A model generated the notes under the pieces. That model was not told the origin of the DNA and did not search any database. It saw nothing but the letters and a program-made list of their open reading frames with translations. Below, one piece after another: positions 30,735 to 46,196 of a DNA stretch of 64,000 nt (positions are counted from its first letter, which is position 1; each line of letters begins with the position of its first letter). The stretch lies in NCBI RefSeq assembly GCF_009914755.1, contig NC_060926.1, one strand, 5' to 3'. The position numbers and the translations under genes are program-made. This stretch comes from the human T2T-CHM13v2.0 reference genome, Homo sapiens.

Positions 30735-31326
30735 CAAGTATGGGGGGTAAGAGTCACCAAGAAAATCTGCAGATAATGATGTCAGTGATTCCACACAGGG
30801 AAGGAAATCTTTGATGGTCAACAGAGTGAGGCTAATGACTAGCTACAGTTGTGTGGCATGAAATGCGGTGTTGCCCAGACATGATTGTTCCATGTGAAAG
30901 TAATTATCTTCACAAATATTATTCCGAAAACATTGCTGCTAATAACCATTAATTTTAAGTATATGAAATTTTCAGAGGCAATTGAAGCAATAGAGGTCTG
31001 AATGTGATTTTAAAAGAAGAGAGCCAATTACTTGAAGAATTAATCTGTTTTTGCATTATAAGGACCGAAGTAGTAACCTTGTCTGGAAGAGAGGGTGCTG
31101 GAATGAATGAGCTGGTGGTTGCATTTTTCTGTCTCCTTGTTGGCTTCCTCTAGATGGAGCAGTACTCGCTGCTGGAAAATCAACCCCAGGAGCTGGTGCA
31201 ATTTCAGGGGGCCCTGCAAGAGGGTCAGATCAGTGAGAGCAGAAACATTGTGAGGCTCTGTCATTCCAAATGAAAGTGTTGAAAAACTGTGAAATACGGA
31301 ATGGCCTTAGTGATTTCCTGGTTGGT

Positions 31327-31404
31327 CCCACTCCTTATTTCCCACATGGAGAAGAGAGGGCCTGGCCCACTCCTTATTTCCCACATGTAGAAGAGAGGGC
31401 CTGG
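31327..31404. repeat. 39-bp tandem duplication
   Basis: CCCACTCCTTATTTCCCACATGKAGAAGAGAGGGCCTGG, two copies. Confidence 0.9.
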
Positions 31405-32742
31405 CAGCTTTTCATGTTTGCCAGGGACATGAAGGTGACATCACCTCGTGTTCCCAGGGCAGCCCAGGTGCATGCTTCACAGAAGTGGGAACCCAGAGCT
31501 GGGGAGGCTGTGGGGCTGCTGTGCTGCTGCTGTGTGTGTTTTGTGTTAGGCCCAGCACCAGGCTGAGCAGGAGTCAGCAAAGGACCTGCCTGTGAGCTCT
31601 TCATGCTGAAGATTCCAGCTTGCTATGGCCCTCACTACTGACCTGTGTGTTACTGTGTTATCTGACACTAAGCCTGAGCTCCCGGGGCGAGATGCACCTC
31701 TGGTTTGGAAAGGGTTCCCCCCGCTCCTTGTGTGATCACCCAGATGATGAAGCCAGCATGAGATGAGAGTGAACATGTGGAGGGGCTGCTCTCTTGAGGC
31801 CCTTTGGATGTTCTTCCAAGCCGGGCCCACATAGAAGGGCTTTCAAGAGTGAAGGAACGGAAACAAGGAAGTGAGGAGAGAAGGTGAAGGTGGAGGGAAG
31901 GGAGAGGGGCCTTCCTGCTGGGCCCACCCTCTGCAGGTGCCTCCTGCCCTGGTGTCACAGCCTGGCAGGTACACCCTCTGCAGATGAAAGGGACAGGAGT
32001 CTCGGGGTCTCACAGCTGCTTGAGGCTTCTGGGCATCGCCCCTTTCCCTAAAAATAACAAACAGTGACTGTTGTCAGGCACCATGGAGTGTACCCCAGGG
32101 TTACAAAATTATTCCCTGGAAGGTATTTAAAACGAGTCTTGTGGACACGAGTTTGGAAAGCAAAGTAAATTATGGATTCCATGGTTCATACACCAGGGGT
32201 CGCTGGGCAAGTTGGCAGTTAGATTGAAATTAAAACATACATGTTCTTCTTGTCGGATGTGTGTGTGTGTGAGAGAGAGAGAGACACACACACACACACA
32301 CGGGGAACAGTGAGGCTTACAGGTGGGGAGGGTGAGAGTTTGTCAATGAGATTGTGTGGAGGTTGCAGCTCTGGGAATTGCCCCATAGCTGAGCTAAGTT
32401 TGTCTTTTCATTGTACAAAGGAAGAGATACTGAAAGTGGCCAAGGATTGTGAATAGGATTAGAAAAAAGGACAGTTGTGAATACACACAGGAGAAAGGAA
32501 GCAACAGCATCGGAAGATTAAAACTCTACTCAGGGTTTTGCCGCTTATTTTCGTCCATGAGCACATTACAAAATTACGAAGACCTCTGTGGGTTGATCTG
32601 TAAAGTCAAGTCCTAATGTGCTTTTCCCTGCAAGAATCTATGAGCAGCAGTGGTTTGGAAAAATCTATCCACCATGTCTTTTCTAGGTTCAGGTGGTAAC
32701 ATTATTCCTGCCCACCCTCAACAGATTGATGAAGTTGATTAG

Positions 32743-33041
<299 letters not shown>

Positions 33042-34299
33042 GAAGTTGATTAGCTTTTCATTTGACACTCCTCCGTTATTAAAATTGCACTCACAGATGA
33101 AATAATGTTCTTTAAATATTTCACAATCACAGATCTCTGAGCGAATGGTGACTTAATTTAACAGCAAGCATTTGAAGGTTTAGGGAACTATTTTGAAAGG
33201 CTGTTTTAAAATGCAGTGATCTTGGGAAAGGGAATCCCTGGTGGAGGTCTGTGTGGAACCCCATTCTCATAGTTCTAGTGTTCTAACAAGCAAACACAGC
33301 TGTCATCTCCACTTGCCTCCTAGAGATCTGTGGGCAGTGCTAACAAGCATCTTACTTTGTATCTATTGGGGATCGAAAAGGCTGTCTGTCACTCATGAGT
33401 GAGTGACATGTATAAAAGTAAATTTAGCTGTTTGCAGCCCATGAAGCTGGCTTTCCCTGCCACAGCACCAGTGGGCAGGCCTGGGCACACATCTGCATGA
33501 GACATTTCATTGGCTCTAATTGGTGGGTGATGTGCAGCCCAGAGGGTCTTCCCTGGGGGCTTGGTGTGTGCCTCCTGATGTATGGCCAGGAGGACAGAGC
33601 AGGGTGGGGTCGGGCCAAGATGAATGGGGAGGAGATGTTTTTCTGTTGTGAGAGAGCAAAACATGCTTACGGAATTCAGTTGATAAAAGTAAAGGGGCAT
33701 CCTGTGAAGTTTACTTAAGGACACAGAGAGATGGAAGTACGACCCACTCAGCAGCAAATGTCGTGTTAAGAGTATAAAGGTCAGAATTTAGAGGGTCAGT
33801 ATCTATGCCTGAGAGACTTCAGCGTTTTCTAGTTGTGGAACAGAAGTTGTCGAGGGAAGACCAGACCTCTCATGAATAGCCCTGTGTGGAGGCAGCTGGG
33901 GTCTGCTCTGTCCCGGGGACCTGCCTGGAGCTGGGCTCCCTCCCTGTGCCCAGAGCAGCCATGCGGCTGCTGAACCCGAGCTCCAACCCCACAGAGCCTC
34001 ATTCTCACCTGTGCTGTCCCTGGTGGGTTGTGGTTTGGGCTCAGTGACTGACACTCTCTGGGTGATGCGTTTGATTTGTCAAATTTGGGAGTGGTTTTGT
34101 CAAAACCTCTAATTACCACTGAGTTAGAAAAGTACAGAATATGTAGTATGACGAACAGTGGAAAATATCAGTGAAAGTGCATGATTTTGGAAGAAACCAG
34201 CCTTAACTGCACAGTTACTGTTCCTTCAATTGTTCTCATATTGTGGAAATGAGCTCTGTCTTCAGCCCAAATGTAAGGCATGTGCAGGCTGAAATCAGG

Positions 34300-34459
34300 C
34301 TGCGGTCCCATCTGTGCCAGCTCTGGGGTCAAGGTGTGCACAGGACCCTGGTGCCGGCGGGCTGTCTCTGGGGGGTGTCTGCGATCCCATCTGTGCCAGC
34401 TCTGGAGTCAAGGTGTGCTCAGGACCCTGGTGCCGGCGGGCTGCCTCCGGGGGGTGTCC
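34300..34459. repeat. 79-bp tandem duplication
   Basis: TCCCATCTGTGCCAGCTCTGG...GGACCCTGGTGCCGGCGGGCTG, two copies. Confidence 0.9.
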
Positions 34460-35429
34460 CACTCCTGTGCACAGCAGAGGGCTTTGTCGTTTGTTGTTGG
34501 TTTGTTGGTGGTGCTTTGTTGTTTGTTGCTTGTTTGGCTCAAACATTTCCTAATGTTTTGTTTTCCCGGTGCTACCTTCTGATAAATGTTGAGACCCTTC
34601 TGCCTGTTTCCAAACCCAGCCTCGCTCTTTCTGCAGGAACACCAGACACCAAACTGCAGCTTTCCCCCTAGACTGAAGCGCGATGCCCACGTGCGCCCCT
34701 TGCTTGTGACCTCTGCATGTTTCTTCCACTCTAGGAACCTTCAATGCTTTCCTGTTCATATTTAGATTTTTATGACTTATATTATTCTTTAGGCTGCTCC
34801 GAAAGCCTTTGCGTCCTGGATTTGCTGCGCGCCCTTTGCCCGTGCGTGCCGTGCTTCTCATCACTTTGTTACTTTCATGAACCTGGTGACGATGCAGATG
34901 AGCACAGCTGCTCACACTCTGCAGGGCACCTGCTCACATGATTTTACCTAATCCTCATAGCGACTGGAGAAAATGGGTGACTAGCACTCGTGTGTAAGTG
35001 GCATAAATTGGGTTTTCAAGAGCACTAAGCATCAGAACTAAGAACTGAAAACAGATTTGCTCAATTCTAAGTCATTTCTACTATAATATACTCAATTTAC
35101 CAAATTCTCAAAGATATCTAGAGAACAATTATTCAAATATTAAATACGTAAGCATTTGTGGTCCTTCATTTGCTAACCACATAATAGAATTTTGTTTTGT
35201 TTTGTTTTACACATCATGTGTAGTTCTGGCATTATTTATCTGGATTATAAAGAGATCATCAATGTGCTGACTCCTAATTAGATGGTTACAGGCCAGGCAA
35301 TCAGTCAATCATGGTGTCCACTCTCGAATTGTGTGAAGATGTAGGGTAGAGCAATTAGTCTTCAGTTCAAATTATGGACAATCTACCACTCTTATTTCAG
35401 GTATTATTTGATGATAGCTGATATAGGAT

Positions 35430-36362
<933 letters not shown>

Positions 36363-36383
36363 CCAGTAAGAAACCGTGACATC

Positions 36384-36500
36384 TTTTTTTTATTATCCAT
36401 TTTTTTATTATACTTTAAAGTTTTAGGGTACATGTGCACAACGTGCAGGTTAGTTACATATGTATATGTGTGCCATGCTGGTGTGCTGCACCCATTAACC
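36384..36500 (-). mobile_element. Very short L1PA 3'-terminal insertion
   Basis: TTATTATACTTTAAAGTTTTAGGGTACATGTGCACAACGTGCAGGTTAG...CACCCATTAAC. Confidence 0.88.
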
Positions 36501-37924
36501 CTTGTTACATGATGTTTATTTTAAAATATGTGAAGGAAAAGATCCACATTTTAGAAGATTGCATTATCGTTGTTCGAATGACACATCAAAAGGATCTGCC
36601 TCTGAATTATAAAGAAAATATTATATGATTAGGAATGTCAGTAAAATGTCTAAAAAGTGCGTACACAGTCATCTCATGCCCAGGGATGGTGATTCCACAA
36701 AGGGAAAGCCTCACGGAAAAGCTTAAATGCACTTGTCTAAGTGCATAGAGTGACTTAAATTCTGTGAATTTAATTATTCCCTGGCAATAACTTGTTCATG
36801 TTTTACACATAATCTCTCCAAAGACAAGTGGATAATAACTAATTGCACGGAGCAGTAAAATGCAGGTTATTTAAGGAAAAAAACATTATTGATGCTGAAA
36901 ATGTTAGCTGTTTCTCAATGCGGGTGATGGAAGACTGAATACATTTTCCTAACTTCGAACAAAAATCAAAGTGCATCAGCTTGGGCACAATGCCCACGAG
37001 AGCTGGCCTGAGGTTGGCAACTGCTAAAATAGGGACTTAGCTGTGCCAGAGTGCAGATGTGGCTTCTGGGTGGAGATGTGTATTTAAGATCCAACCAAGA
37101 GGACTTCCAGGAACCAGCTATGAAATACAAAAGTCGAATAGAAATCTCTTGCAAAACAGAATGTTACTTATATAAGCAAAAAACAGGAAATCTTAAAAGT
37201 TTCAGAAAACCTTAGCAGATGCAAAGTGTCTTGAGCCAATGAGGAAGAGGGCGGGGAGCCAACAGGAAGCTTGATGGGAGCACAGGGAAAGGGCGCGGGC
37301 GGGGAGAGGCGGGAGGAGCATGGTTGGGGGGAGGAGGGCCCAGCCCCATGGAGGCTGACATTGGGGACCACCAGAGGCACTGGCTGCAGCTGCCATCACA
37401 TGCGTCTGAGGTGCTGGCACGGGCGTGGAGATGGCATCTTCCCGGAGGGTCCAGTTGTGCTGCCTGTCCTTCCAGTTTTAAGGCGAGCGGGACGGGACGC
37501 CAGAGCACACAGCTTTCTGTCGGAAGATGTTGAATAAGATTGAGCTTATGAATGAAAACTTAAAAGTTAACAATTTATAAAATAGAAAGTTCTACATATA
37601 TGTTGAAAAACGCTGATGAGAAGTTGGGTGAAGGAGCAAGTGTGACAGACACAATGTAGGCCGGATAAAATGAACAGCAAAAGGGCACAAGAAGAGAAAA
37701 AGTGAGGGATGGAGCACCTGCAGCAGCGTGACAGTGACAACTTGTCATTGAATTATTCTGGAAGTTTACTGAAATTCTCATCAAATACCACCGCATGTCT
37801 AATGGATCAGTAAACTCCATAAATTAAAATACCGTAGCAGTAAGTGTAAATGAGATTAATTCCCCCTATTTAAGGAAAATGGACTCTCCTACTGGCTGAG
37901 AAACTCAGAGCCCACCTTCCTTCT

Positions 37925-38605
37925 ACCTCCAACACATACATCCCACACATATCACATACACCACACATATACACACACACAAACAACACATAGACATGCA
38001 CACACCACACAAACACACCACACACACAAAGACACATACCACATACACACACACAACACAAAAACATACACACCACACACATAAACTCACACCACACACA
38101 CACAAAGACATATACCACATACACCACACATATACACACACACAAACAACACAGTCATACACCACACATACCACACATACACACCACACACATAAACACA
38201 AACCACATACACAGCACACACACCATACATTAAACATACACACATAACACCCACATATACATACAACACAAACACACAGACACACTCCATACACACACAC
38301 ACGTAGACCCCACACACACACACACACACATATAGACCACACACACCCACACCACACACATAAACACCATGCAAATATATATGGACATACACACACCACA
38401 CACACATACCCACACCCCACATAACATACACATACCCACATGTACACACACATTCACACCACATGCATATACACATAGGCACACCACACACACCACACAT
38501 ACATGTCCCTCATCACAGACACGTGTACACATACACCACATATACATGCCCCACATCACACACACGTGTACACACACCACATATGTACACACACACCAGA
38601 CACAA
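37925..38605. repeat. CA-rich low-complexity tract
   Basis: About 680 bp of degenerate (CA)n/(CACAC)n. Confidence 0.92.
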
Positions 38606-40456
38606 GCATATTCCGTCTACCAGAGAAATAACTACAGCCAGTAAATTCAGAAGGTTAATACGGAAAGGAGAGGCAGCAATTTCAGTGCAAGTCCAAATTT
38701 CAGGGCTGAGCTCAGAGCCCCTGGGGCCATGTGTGCAAGAATCTGGACGTCAGCCCCAGCCGTGGTGGTGGGTGCCAGTGACAGAGACGGCCACCTGCAA
38801 GTGCCTCTCCCATTGCTTGGGGGACCTGCTGCTGGGCAAAGCGGGGCTCTGAGAAGGCTTCCCAATCACCCCCAAGCTTGGGGCTGAGGAAAGAGCTTCG
38901 TGGAGGTGCCAGCTTTTGAGGTGGGCGGCACAGGCTGAAGATCTAACGTGGGAGGGGTGCAGGCACGTGTGGACTTGGGAGCCCTGGACTGGAAGTGAGT
39001 GTGTAGGGGTGATGGCCACACAGAGTGTGCAATCAAGGAATGCAAGCGCTGCTCCCCATGGACCCCAGCGTTCAGAGCTCAGGAAGCAGAGCAGGGCCAG
39101 CAGACAGAGGGGACACCCAGAAGGCCAGGCCAGGCCAGGACAGGACACCGCAGACAAAGGAACCCCGCCGAGGAGACAACAGCAAGAGACCAAGGGGTAG
39201 ATGGAGCACAAACAAGTTCTTAAAAGCATTTTGCTGTGGAAGGGAACAGAGAAATGGCACAGGGCCGCCCGTGGATGTTGCACTAAGGAAGGGTTTCATG
39301 GTAGAAGGGTTCCCTGGCAAGGACTGCTCTGAAGGGAAGGAAGCCACATAAAGGAAACATTGTGATGTAGGACGAGGCGAATGCATGGGGCAGAGGCTCA
39401 AAGGGAGGGATTCCTGTGGCCTTAGATAGATCGAGGGCAGCTCTTTTGTTGGGGGGGATGGGGAGACAGAACAGGCCTCAGACACGGCAAGTCGGCAGAT
39501 CAGGAGTACACAGATGTTCACTTTTATCTGCACAGTGAACTGAGAGCTGTGATCAGCAGCTGAACAGGTGGAGGCTTCAGTGAAGAGAAGGAAGGAAACA
39601 CCCATCTTGGGATAGGGAGGGAAAACAGGTTGAGGTGTGTCCTGCCCTGCACTAGAGTCCCCGGAGGATGAACAGTCATGAATTTAGAGATTAACCAGCC
39701 AGCACTTAACGTTTTTCTCCAGCCACAGAGTGCAGCCAGGGTGCAGCCACAGAGCGGGAAGAGACCTGGAGTTAAGTCCCTTGTTTCTGAACCAGTGACC
39801 ATGACAGGTGAGGGCAGAAGGACGAGGGACCAGGGGTTCGGTTTGAGGAGGAGGCAGTGAGGTCCCGGCTGGAGACAGTAAGGTGATGCTTGGGCTGTCA
39901 TTTGAGACGTGGGTGGCTGAGCCCTGCCTGCGTGGGGGTAGGAAATGAACGGGCCTGCGGTGAAAGAGGACCCAAGATGCTCAGAATAAAGATTCCAGCG
40001 CAGGGCGGCAACTCTTGGTGAAACAGAGGTTTCCACGGTGATTGGGAGTGTGGCTGAGGAAGGTGGACAGTGAGACCCTTGGAGGCCAATCTGGGCATCT
40101 TAAACTCCTTCCCTGGTTATCCATAGAAATATGAATCCCCAGGGAATGCAGAAAGGAAAAGTCGTTTGCTCCAGGAAGCTGCAGGTCCCTGCATGGATTC
40201 ACTCAGCATACCCCATGTGCACTTCAATCCCGTACATTACTGTTTAGCAGAAATAGTCAAAACTCGGCTTCTTCCTGACTCGGCCCCTTCCTCACCTCAC
40301 CTTCCTTTCCCCTCCATCCCATCACTGCCAGCACCCTGCAGAGTGGCCACCAGTGCTGATCCACTGGATGTGTCACTGGAGACTTGGTAAGTTTGGCAGG
40401 AAGCATCGAGTCCTGCCCTGGCTCTACCCCTGACCCCTGCAGAACCCAGAGGTGCA

Positions 40457-40551
40457 GCTGAAGTGCACCCCGGCACTGCGGCTTGTGCGCTGAATGCACC
40501 CCGGCACCGCGGCTCGTGCGCTGGAGTGCAACCAGTACTGTGGCTTGTGCG
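40457..40551. repeat. ~31-32-bp CpG-rich tandem repeat, three copies
   Basis: Unit is approximately GCTGAAGTGCACCCCGGCACTGCGGCTTGTGC. Confidence 0.8.
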
Positions 40552-42139
40552 TACTTGGCAAAAGCCCCCCAGACACTCACACGTGCACAAGGATGCCAGA
40601 CAGGAGGGAAGGTGTCCACGAAGAGGCCTTCACACTTAGAAAAAGTCCAGGGCTGTGCACGTCCCTCACATCCATAAGTAGGTTCCTTATGTATAACAGA
40701 GACTGGGTTTCAATGTTGAAAGGATACTGGCAACTAGAATGCAAGCTCATTAAGAATGAAGAGCTTCATAGGCTAAGGTCTGTTTCTTTATTAACATAGT
40801 GTATTTAAGCAGAAATGAGTTAAGTCATTTTCTATAGAGAACTACAGTGGAGTTTTTCTCTGTTGAGGTCACAGAATTTTTTCAGACTCTGGAAATAACT
40901 CAGCTTCTGGTGTGCACAGACTAGAGATGTGCTGTAGGAATGTGCTCAGCCTGCCCCGCGGGTGATATGAGCCCAGCACCGCAATGCTCTGGGAGGTTTT
41001 GGAAGGATGCTAAAGCTATAGATGGATATTTTATGCATCACTTAATAAGGGAGAAGGAGTTTGCCTTAGGCAGTTTTCTTTAAAAGTCTCATTGCTCTAG
41101 GCACAAAAGTTAGCATTTCAAAGTTACCTTGGCCGGCCGGCAGGTTTGGTACGGCGCATCCTGTAGACATGCCTAGCAGCACACACTCAGGTGGGGGCTC
41201 ATGGTGATTAGTAGATTCAGCATCATGCTCAAAGGGCCCAGTTGCATAAACTGTTTTTTGTCTTAAATGATGTGCTGCTGACTATGGCAGTATGTAAGGA
41301 TACTTGAATAATTTCTAATAAAATATAATGAAAGTATCCTGGTTTTAAAACTAATTTAGGGGAGTTATTCATAAATTAAACCTTCCCTTTACTCACTCAA
41401 GTTCATGTGAAGGAAGCATTTAAAAATTTACATAGAAAAGTAGAAAATTATTATTTTTTAAAATTTATCTACATCTGAGTACACTATGGGAAGTGGTTCA
41501 AGGAAAGAGGATGAATTAGTGGGATGTGACTGTCCACAGGGACTCCCCATTTCTGGCGGGGGAGGAGATGCAGAGGAGACTCCTGTGTGTTTAGCGTGGC
41601 ATCAGGTGCCTGGCTCCTGGGCTTAGCTTCTGTAAAAGAGAAGAAGTGAGAAAGAAAGAAGAGTATTCATGACAATTGAATAACACATCAGTGCACATTT
41701 CCAAATCATGTTTCAAGTGACCTATGTGTAAGCACGCCAAAGTGTATCTTCTGGGGAGGTGCATTTCACCATGGTTGGGATTTGGGGCAGTTAGGCACAG
41801 CACGGCCAGGGGTGTGAGAGAATTAAAGGTGTGTGCAGGGAAGGGTTACAGTGATGGATCTTGGAATTTAGCCTGAATAAAGGGGAATGTAAGGCTGCGG
41901 CATGGTGAGAACAAGAGAGAGCGCTGTCGTTGCCAATCGTGGTAAGTCTCCATAGGGCTGCAGTGTCGTGTGTGCAGGAAGGCTTTACGGAGCACACCGG
42001 AAGACAGGAATGGTAGTTGGGTGCTTGATTTAAAGTACAGAACCCTTGCAGATGTTGACAACAGCAAGGTCTAATGCAAGGTCTTGGAATGTGTTACTAA
42101 AGTGGGGCATATGGCAGATCATAGAGGAGAGGAAGTCAG

Positions 42140-42442
42140 CATGTGGATGTCCGTGTGTGTGTCCATATGTGTGCATGTGTGTGCATGTATGTGTCCACGG
42201 GTGTACCTGTGTGTGCACGTGTGTCCGTGTGTATGTGCATGCGTGTGCGTGTGTGTGTGTGTGTGTATGCATGGGTGTGCATATGTGGGGGGGTGTGTGA
42301 GTGCATGAGTGCGTATGTGGAATTACGTCTGAATGTATGAGTGCATGAGTGTTTATGTGGGAGGGTGTGTGTGAGTGTGTGTGTGTATGCAGGTGTGTGT
42401 GCATGTGTGTGTATGTGGGGGGTGTATATGTGTGACTGTGTT
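42140..42442. repeat. TG-rich low-complexity tract
   Basis: Degenerate (TG)n. Confidence 0.9.
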
Positions 42443-43721
42443 TGTTCTCATGGGTCTTTATTCAACATAAACTCACATTTTTTTTCCAGAACACGTGGGG
42501 CATTAACAATTATTTAGGCCACAAGGAACCCAAGAAGAAACGCAACACAGATGATATCTAGTAAACAAAATGACAAATGCTTTTAAAAATATCCACACTT
42601 CTGGAAACTGTAAAAATAGCTATACTGGTGTAAAAAGACAACATAAAGGAAAAAATACACAATAGTAACGTGAAAAATATTGAAGAACTTTGTATCAAAA
42701 TTCGTCGAATACAAGTAGGGCTTAAGGGAAGACTGGTAATTTGTAGATATGTTTATTAGAAAACAAGAAAGCAAAGGAAAAAGAGCCATGTTGTCACCTA
42801 GGAATCTGAAGCAAGAGCAACAGAGAAGCCCGCAGGAGCAAAAAAAGAAAGAAATAATAAAAATGAAGATGCGAATTTGTAGAAGAGAAAACACAGAGGA
42901 CAAGTCAGAGAAAATAATACTAAAACTCCGTCTCCCAAGGTGGGCTTGTAATAACGCAAGATGCAGAGGCCTCTGAAAAGACTGATGAAGAAATATTAAT
43001 TAAAATGCAAATATGATTAGGGATGAAAGGGGAGGGACTAAGAAACTACTCAACAGGAATTTGAGGATTGAGGATTCATTGAAGTAGTTACAGAACATTT
43101 GTAAAACGGAACACTGCGTCCATGAGAAAGACTAGAAATACATGAATAATATGGGATAAGCTGTCAGATGTGTTAGATAAAGAAAGTATCATGTCTAACA
43201 GAGTGCAGGGCCTGTTTCAAGTGAAAATGGGGCAAATAAATGGGATACATGGTGTACATGGTGTATGAAAATTCTTGTACTGACCTCTTTATTCCCACAT
43301 ACTCACACATCTACACGTGTGGCTGCTGGATTAAAATGCACATACATTGTATATCTGATCAATATGACCAAACTGCCCTCAGACGAGAAAACGTTCTTAC
43401 AAAGGCATAGAATTTCCAGAAGAACACACACAATATCCCAGCGTCAGTTGTCTCTGAGGTGTCAAACTAGGGATCTCGTAGGTATAAAAATCAGACTCTT
43501 TGATTGCATATGTTGTATTATTTCATATCTAAACTGTCAAATGTGTTATATTTTTAATTAAAACTGGAGCTGCGTTGACCCGAGGCTGCTGTGTGTAGAA
43601 CCATGTGTTGTGCTCTTCTCTGCTCCCCTGGAAGCCTCCGTCAACAGGTCGAGTTTGCGACTCCACGGAGAAACTGCACTGATGTCACCAACTTCATGTC
43701 CTGGGCTACTCACCAGCCCAT

Positions 43722-44061
43722 TTCGGACTGGACTTTGTGTCCCCCCAGATTCACATGTCGAAGCCCTAACCCCTAAATGAGGGCGTCAGGAGACAGAGAC
43801 GGGGCCTCTGGAAGTGACTAGGGTGAGATGAGGTGATGAAGATGGCATCCTGGTGATGGGATCAGTGCCTGCAAGAAGAAGCCCTCTGGAGCGCACTTCC
43901 TCTCTCCACCACGCAAGGACACAGTCAGAAGGCCACGCCCTCACCAGGAAGGATCTGGCACCTTGCTGGCACCTGATCACAGACTCCCAGCCTCTGGAAT
44001 TCCGAGGAAGGAACCTCTGCTGCTGAGAAGCCACCCAGGCATGGCTAAGCTGACTCAAACA
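43722..44061 (+). mobile_element. MLT1A-like MaLR LTR
   Basis: TTTGTGTCCCCCCAGATTCACATGTCGAAGCCCTAACCCC...GACTCCCAGCCTCTGGAA...AAGCCACCCAG. Confidence 0.78.
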
Positions 44062-44275
44062 CCGCAGTGAATCCAATGGCTTCAGAGTCATTTTACAGGT
44101 GTTGGGAGATTTCATTTCATAGTTGACTCCTTTCTAAGGAAGAAATGGACTTGGCTTACCTGTCAGAGTTTGACATGCTGGTGAATTGGAGGTTGGAATG
44201 CATCCTCCTACCTTGACTTTGTTGGCGCAGAGCAGGTGTGCACTGTAATGGGAGCTGCAGGTGGAAGTGGGGAGA

Positions 44276-44415
44276 GGCCAGGCATGGTGGCTCACGCTTG
44301 TAATCCCAGCACTACGGGGCCAAGGCGGGAGGATCACTTGAGTCCAGAAGGCCGAGTCTGCAGTGAGCTATGATTGCACCACTGCCTTCCAGCCTGGGTG
44401 ACAGTCAAAAAAAAA
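44276..44415 (+). mobile_element. FLAM-type Alu monomer
   Basis: Single arm GGCCAGGCATGGTGGCTCACG...GCAGTGAGCTATGATTGCACC followed by an A tail. Confidence 0.88.
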
Positions 44416-44928
44416 GAGAGCGCATCTAGACTTTTAGTGTCTCAATCAAATTTAAACAATGGCAAATACATTGTGCACAAAAAAGCTGCTTTTAGATGCT
44501 GTGTTGAGAGAGAGAGAGATAGAGAGAAACAGAAAAGGGGAAAGCCTCCAGGCCATGGCTACTGGTGTTAATTTGCTGCAAAAAGCAGTGACTGCTGCTG
44601 TGGGCTGAAGGAGGCTGCCCCCTAGGCAGGTGTGGGCCAGGGTCTCTCCCAGTGCCGTCAGGCTTAGGGCCATGATTCCAGGAGGGAGAAATCTTTGAAG
44701 GCATTGGTTGAATTCAGTAGCATCAATGGTCAACATTCAATTATTTTGTTCATACACCACATATATGCTTCAAACTAAATAAAAAATAAGACTGATAACA
44801 AATTGAATGCCTTTGTCTTGTTCGGATATTTTAAAGTCCCCAAAAAATCAAGGCAAGGTAAACATTTGGGATTAAAAAATAATAATAAATTGAAGCTAAA
44901 TCCAATCTTTAATTGAAAGCGCTCGTTT

Positions 44929-45228
<300 letters not shown>

Positions 45229-46196
45229 AAAGTGCTTGTTTTCAGGCTACTCTGCCTCTCTCTATTGATTGGTTCTGTTACTTCTGACAAAATTGTCCAT
45301 TGTAATAAGTGCAGATTCCTGTAAGCAAGGGATGGCAGATTTTCCTGCTTCAATCCACAGTCATTCTCCAGAAAAACTGGGGAAAGTCACTGAATAGACT
45401 CACTTACCTCGGGTATGGAGGTGGGCAGGGAGGTGTCCACACACACCTCAATGATTTCCAACAAGGACTTCAGGCACACTGGCTGGGCGACAGACTCACA
45501 TACGGAAGCTGTGTGTGGCCTGGTCCTTTGGGAGGAGGGCAGCCTGTTTAAGGATGGGGCACGGTGAGCTTCATGAATCTCAAACTGCTCTTGTCCTGGT
45601 GATGTTTTGCCTTTTAAAATTACACTGCACTGAGCTCCCGGGACAACTAGGGTATTACAGTGGCCGTCACTTGCTGGGAGGTGGCTGGACAGTGGACAGC
45701 GGAGGTCTGTGTGATCTCCCCTCCCACACCGCACACTCTGCACCTCCAGGGACGAGGGCTTGCAGGGCCTTGTGAGAGTCCAGCCCTTCCATGTAGAAAG
45801 GAAGGGTGTCGTCGCCGTCATGAACCTCGTTTATCAAAGGAGAGCCTCGGTTCTACTTCTTTTCACCAAAGAGGAGAAGAAAATTCAGCTTTGGTAGTTT
45901 TCTCCAGGATCTTGTGCGGGGGGAGGATAGAATCAGACAAATCTGCTAGTGGTTAAGCTTTGACACTTTCTGGGAGTTGGTCAGAGGAGGGCTTCTATTT
46001 CACAGTCACTTTGTACTGCAGCAGCCTGTATGAAGACAGGATGTGGATGTCAGAGACAGGCGTCTCACAAGGGTGCACTTGTACTGAACAGCAGGGGAGG
46101 AAAGACGCCTTGGAGACAGCCGGCAGAAGAGGCCTGACTCAGCCCTATGGGGGCCCAGCCTGTGGAGCATGACAGGAAGGCAGTGCTGCAGGATCA

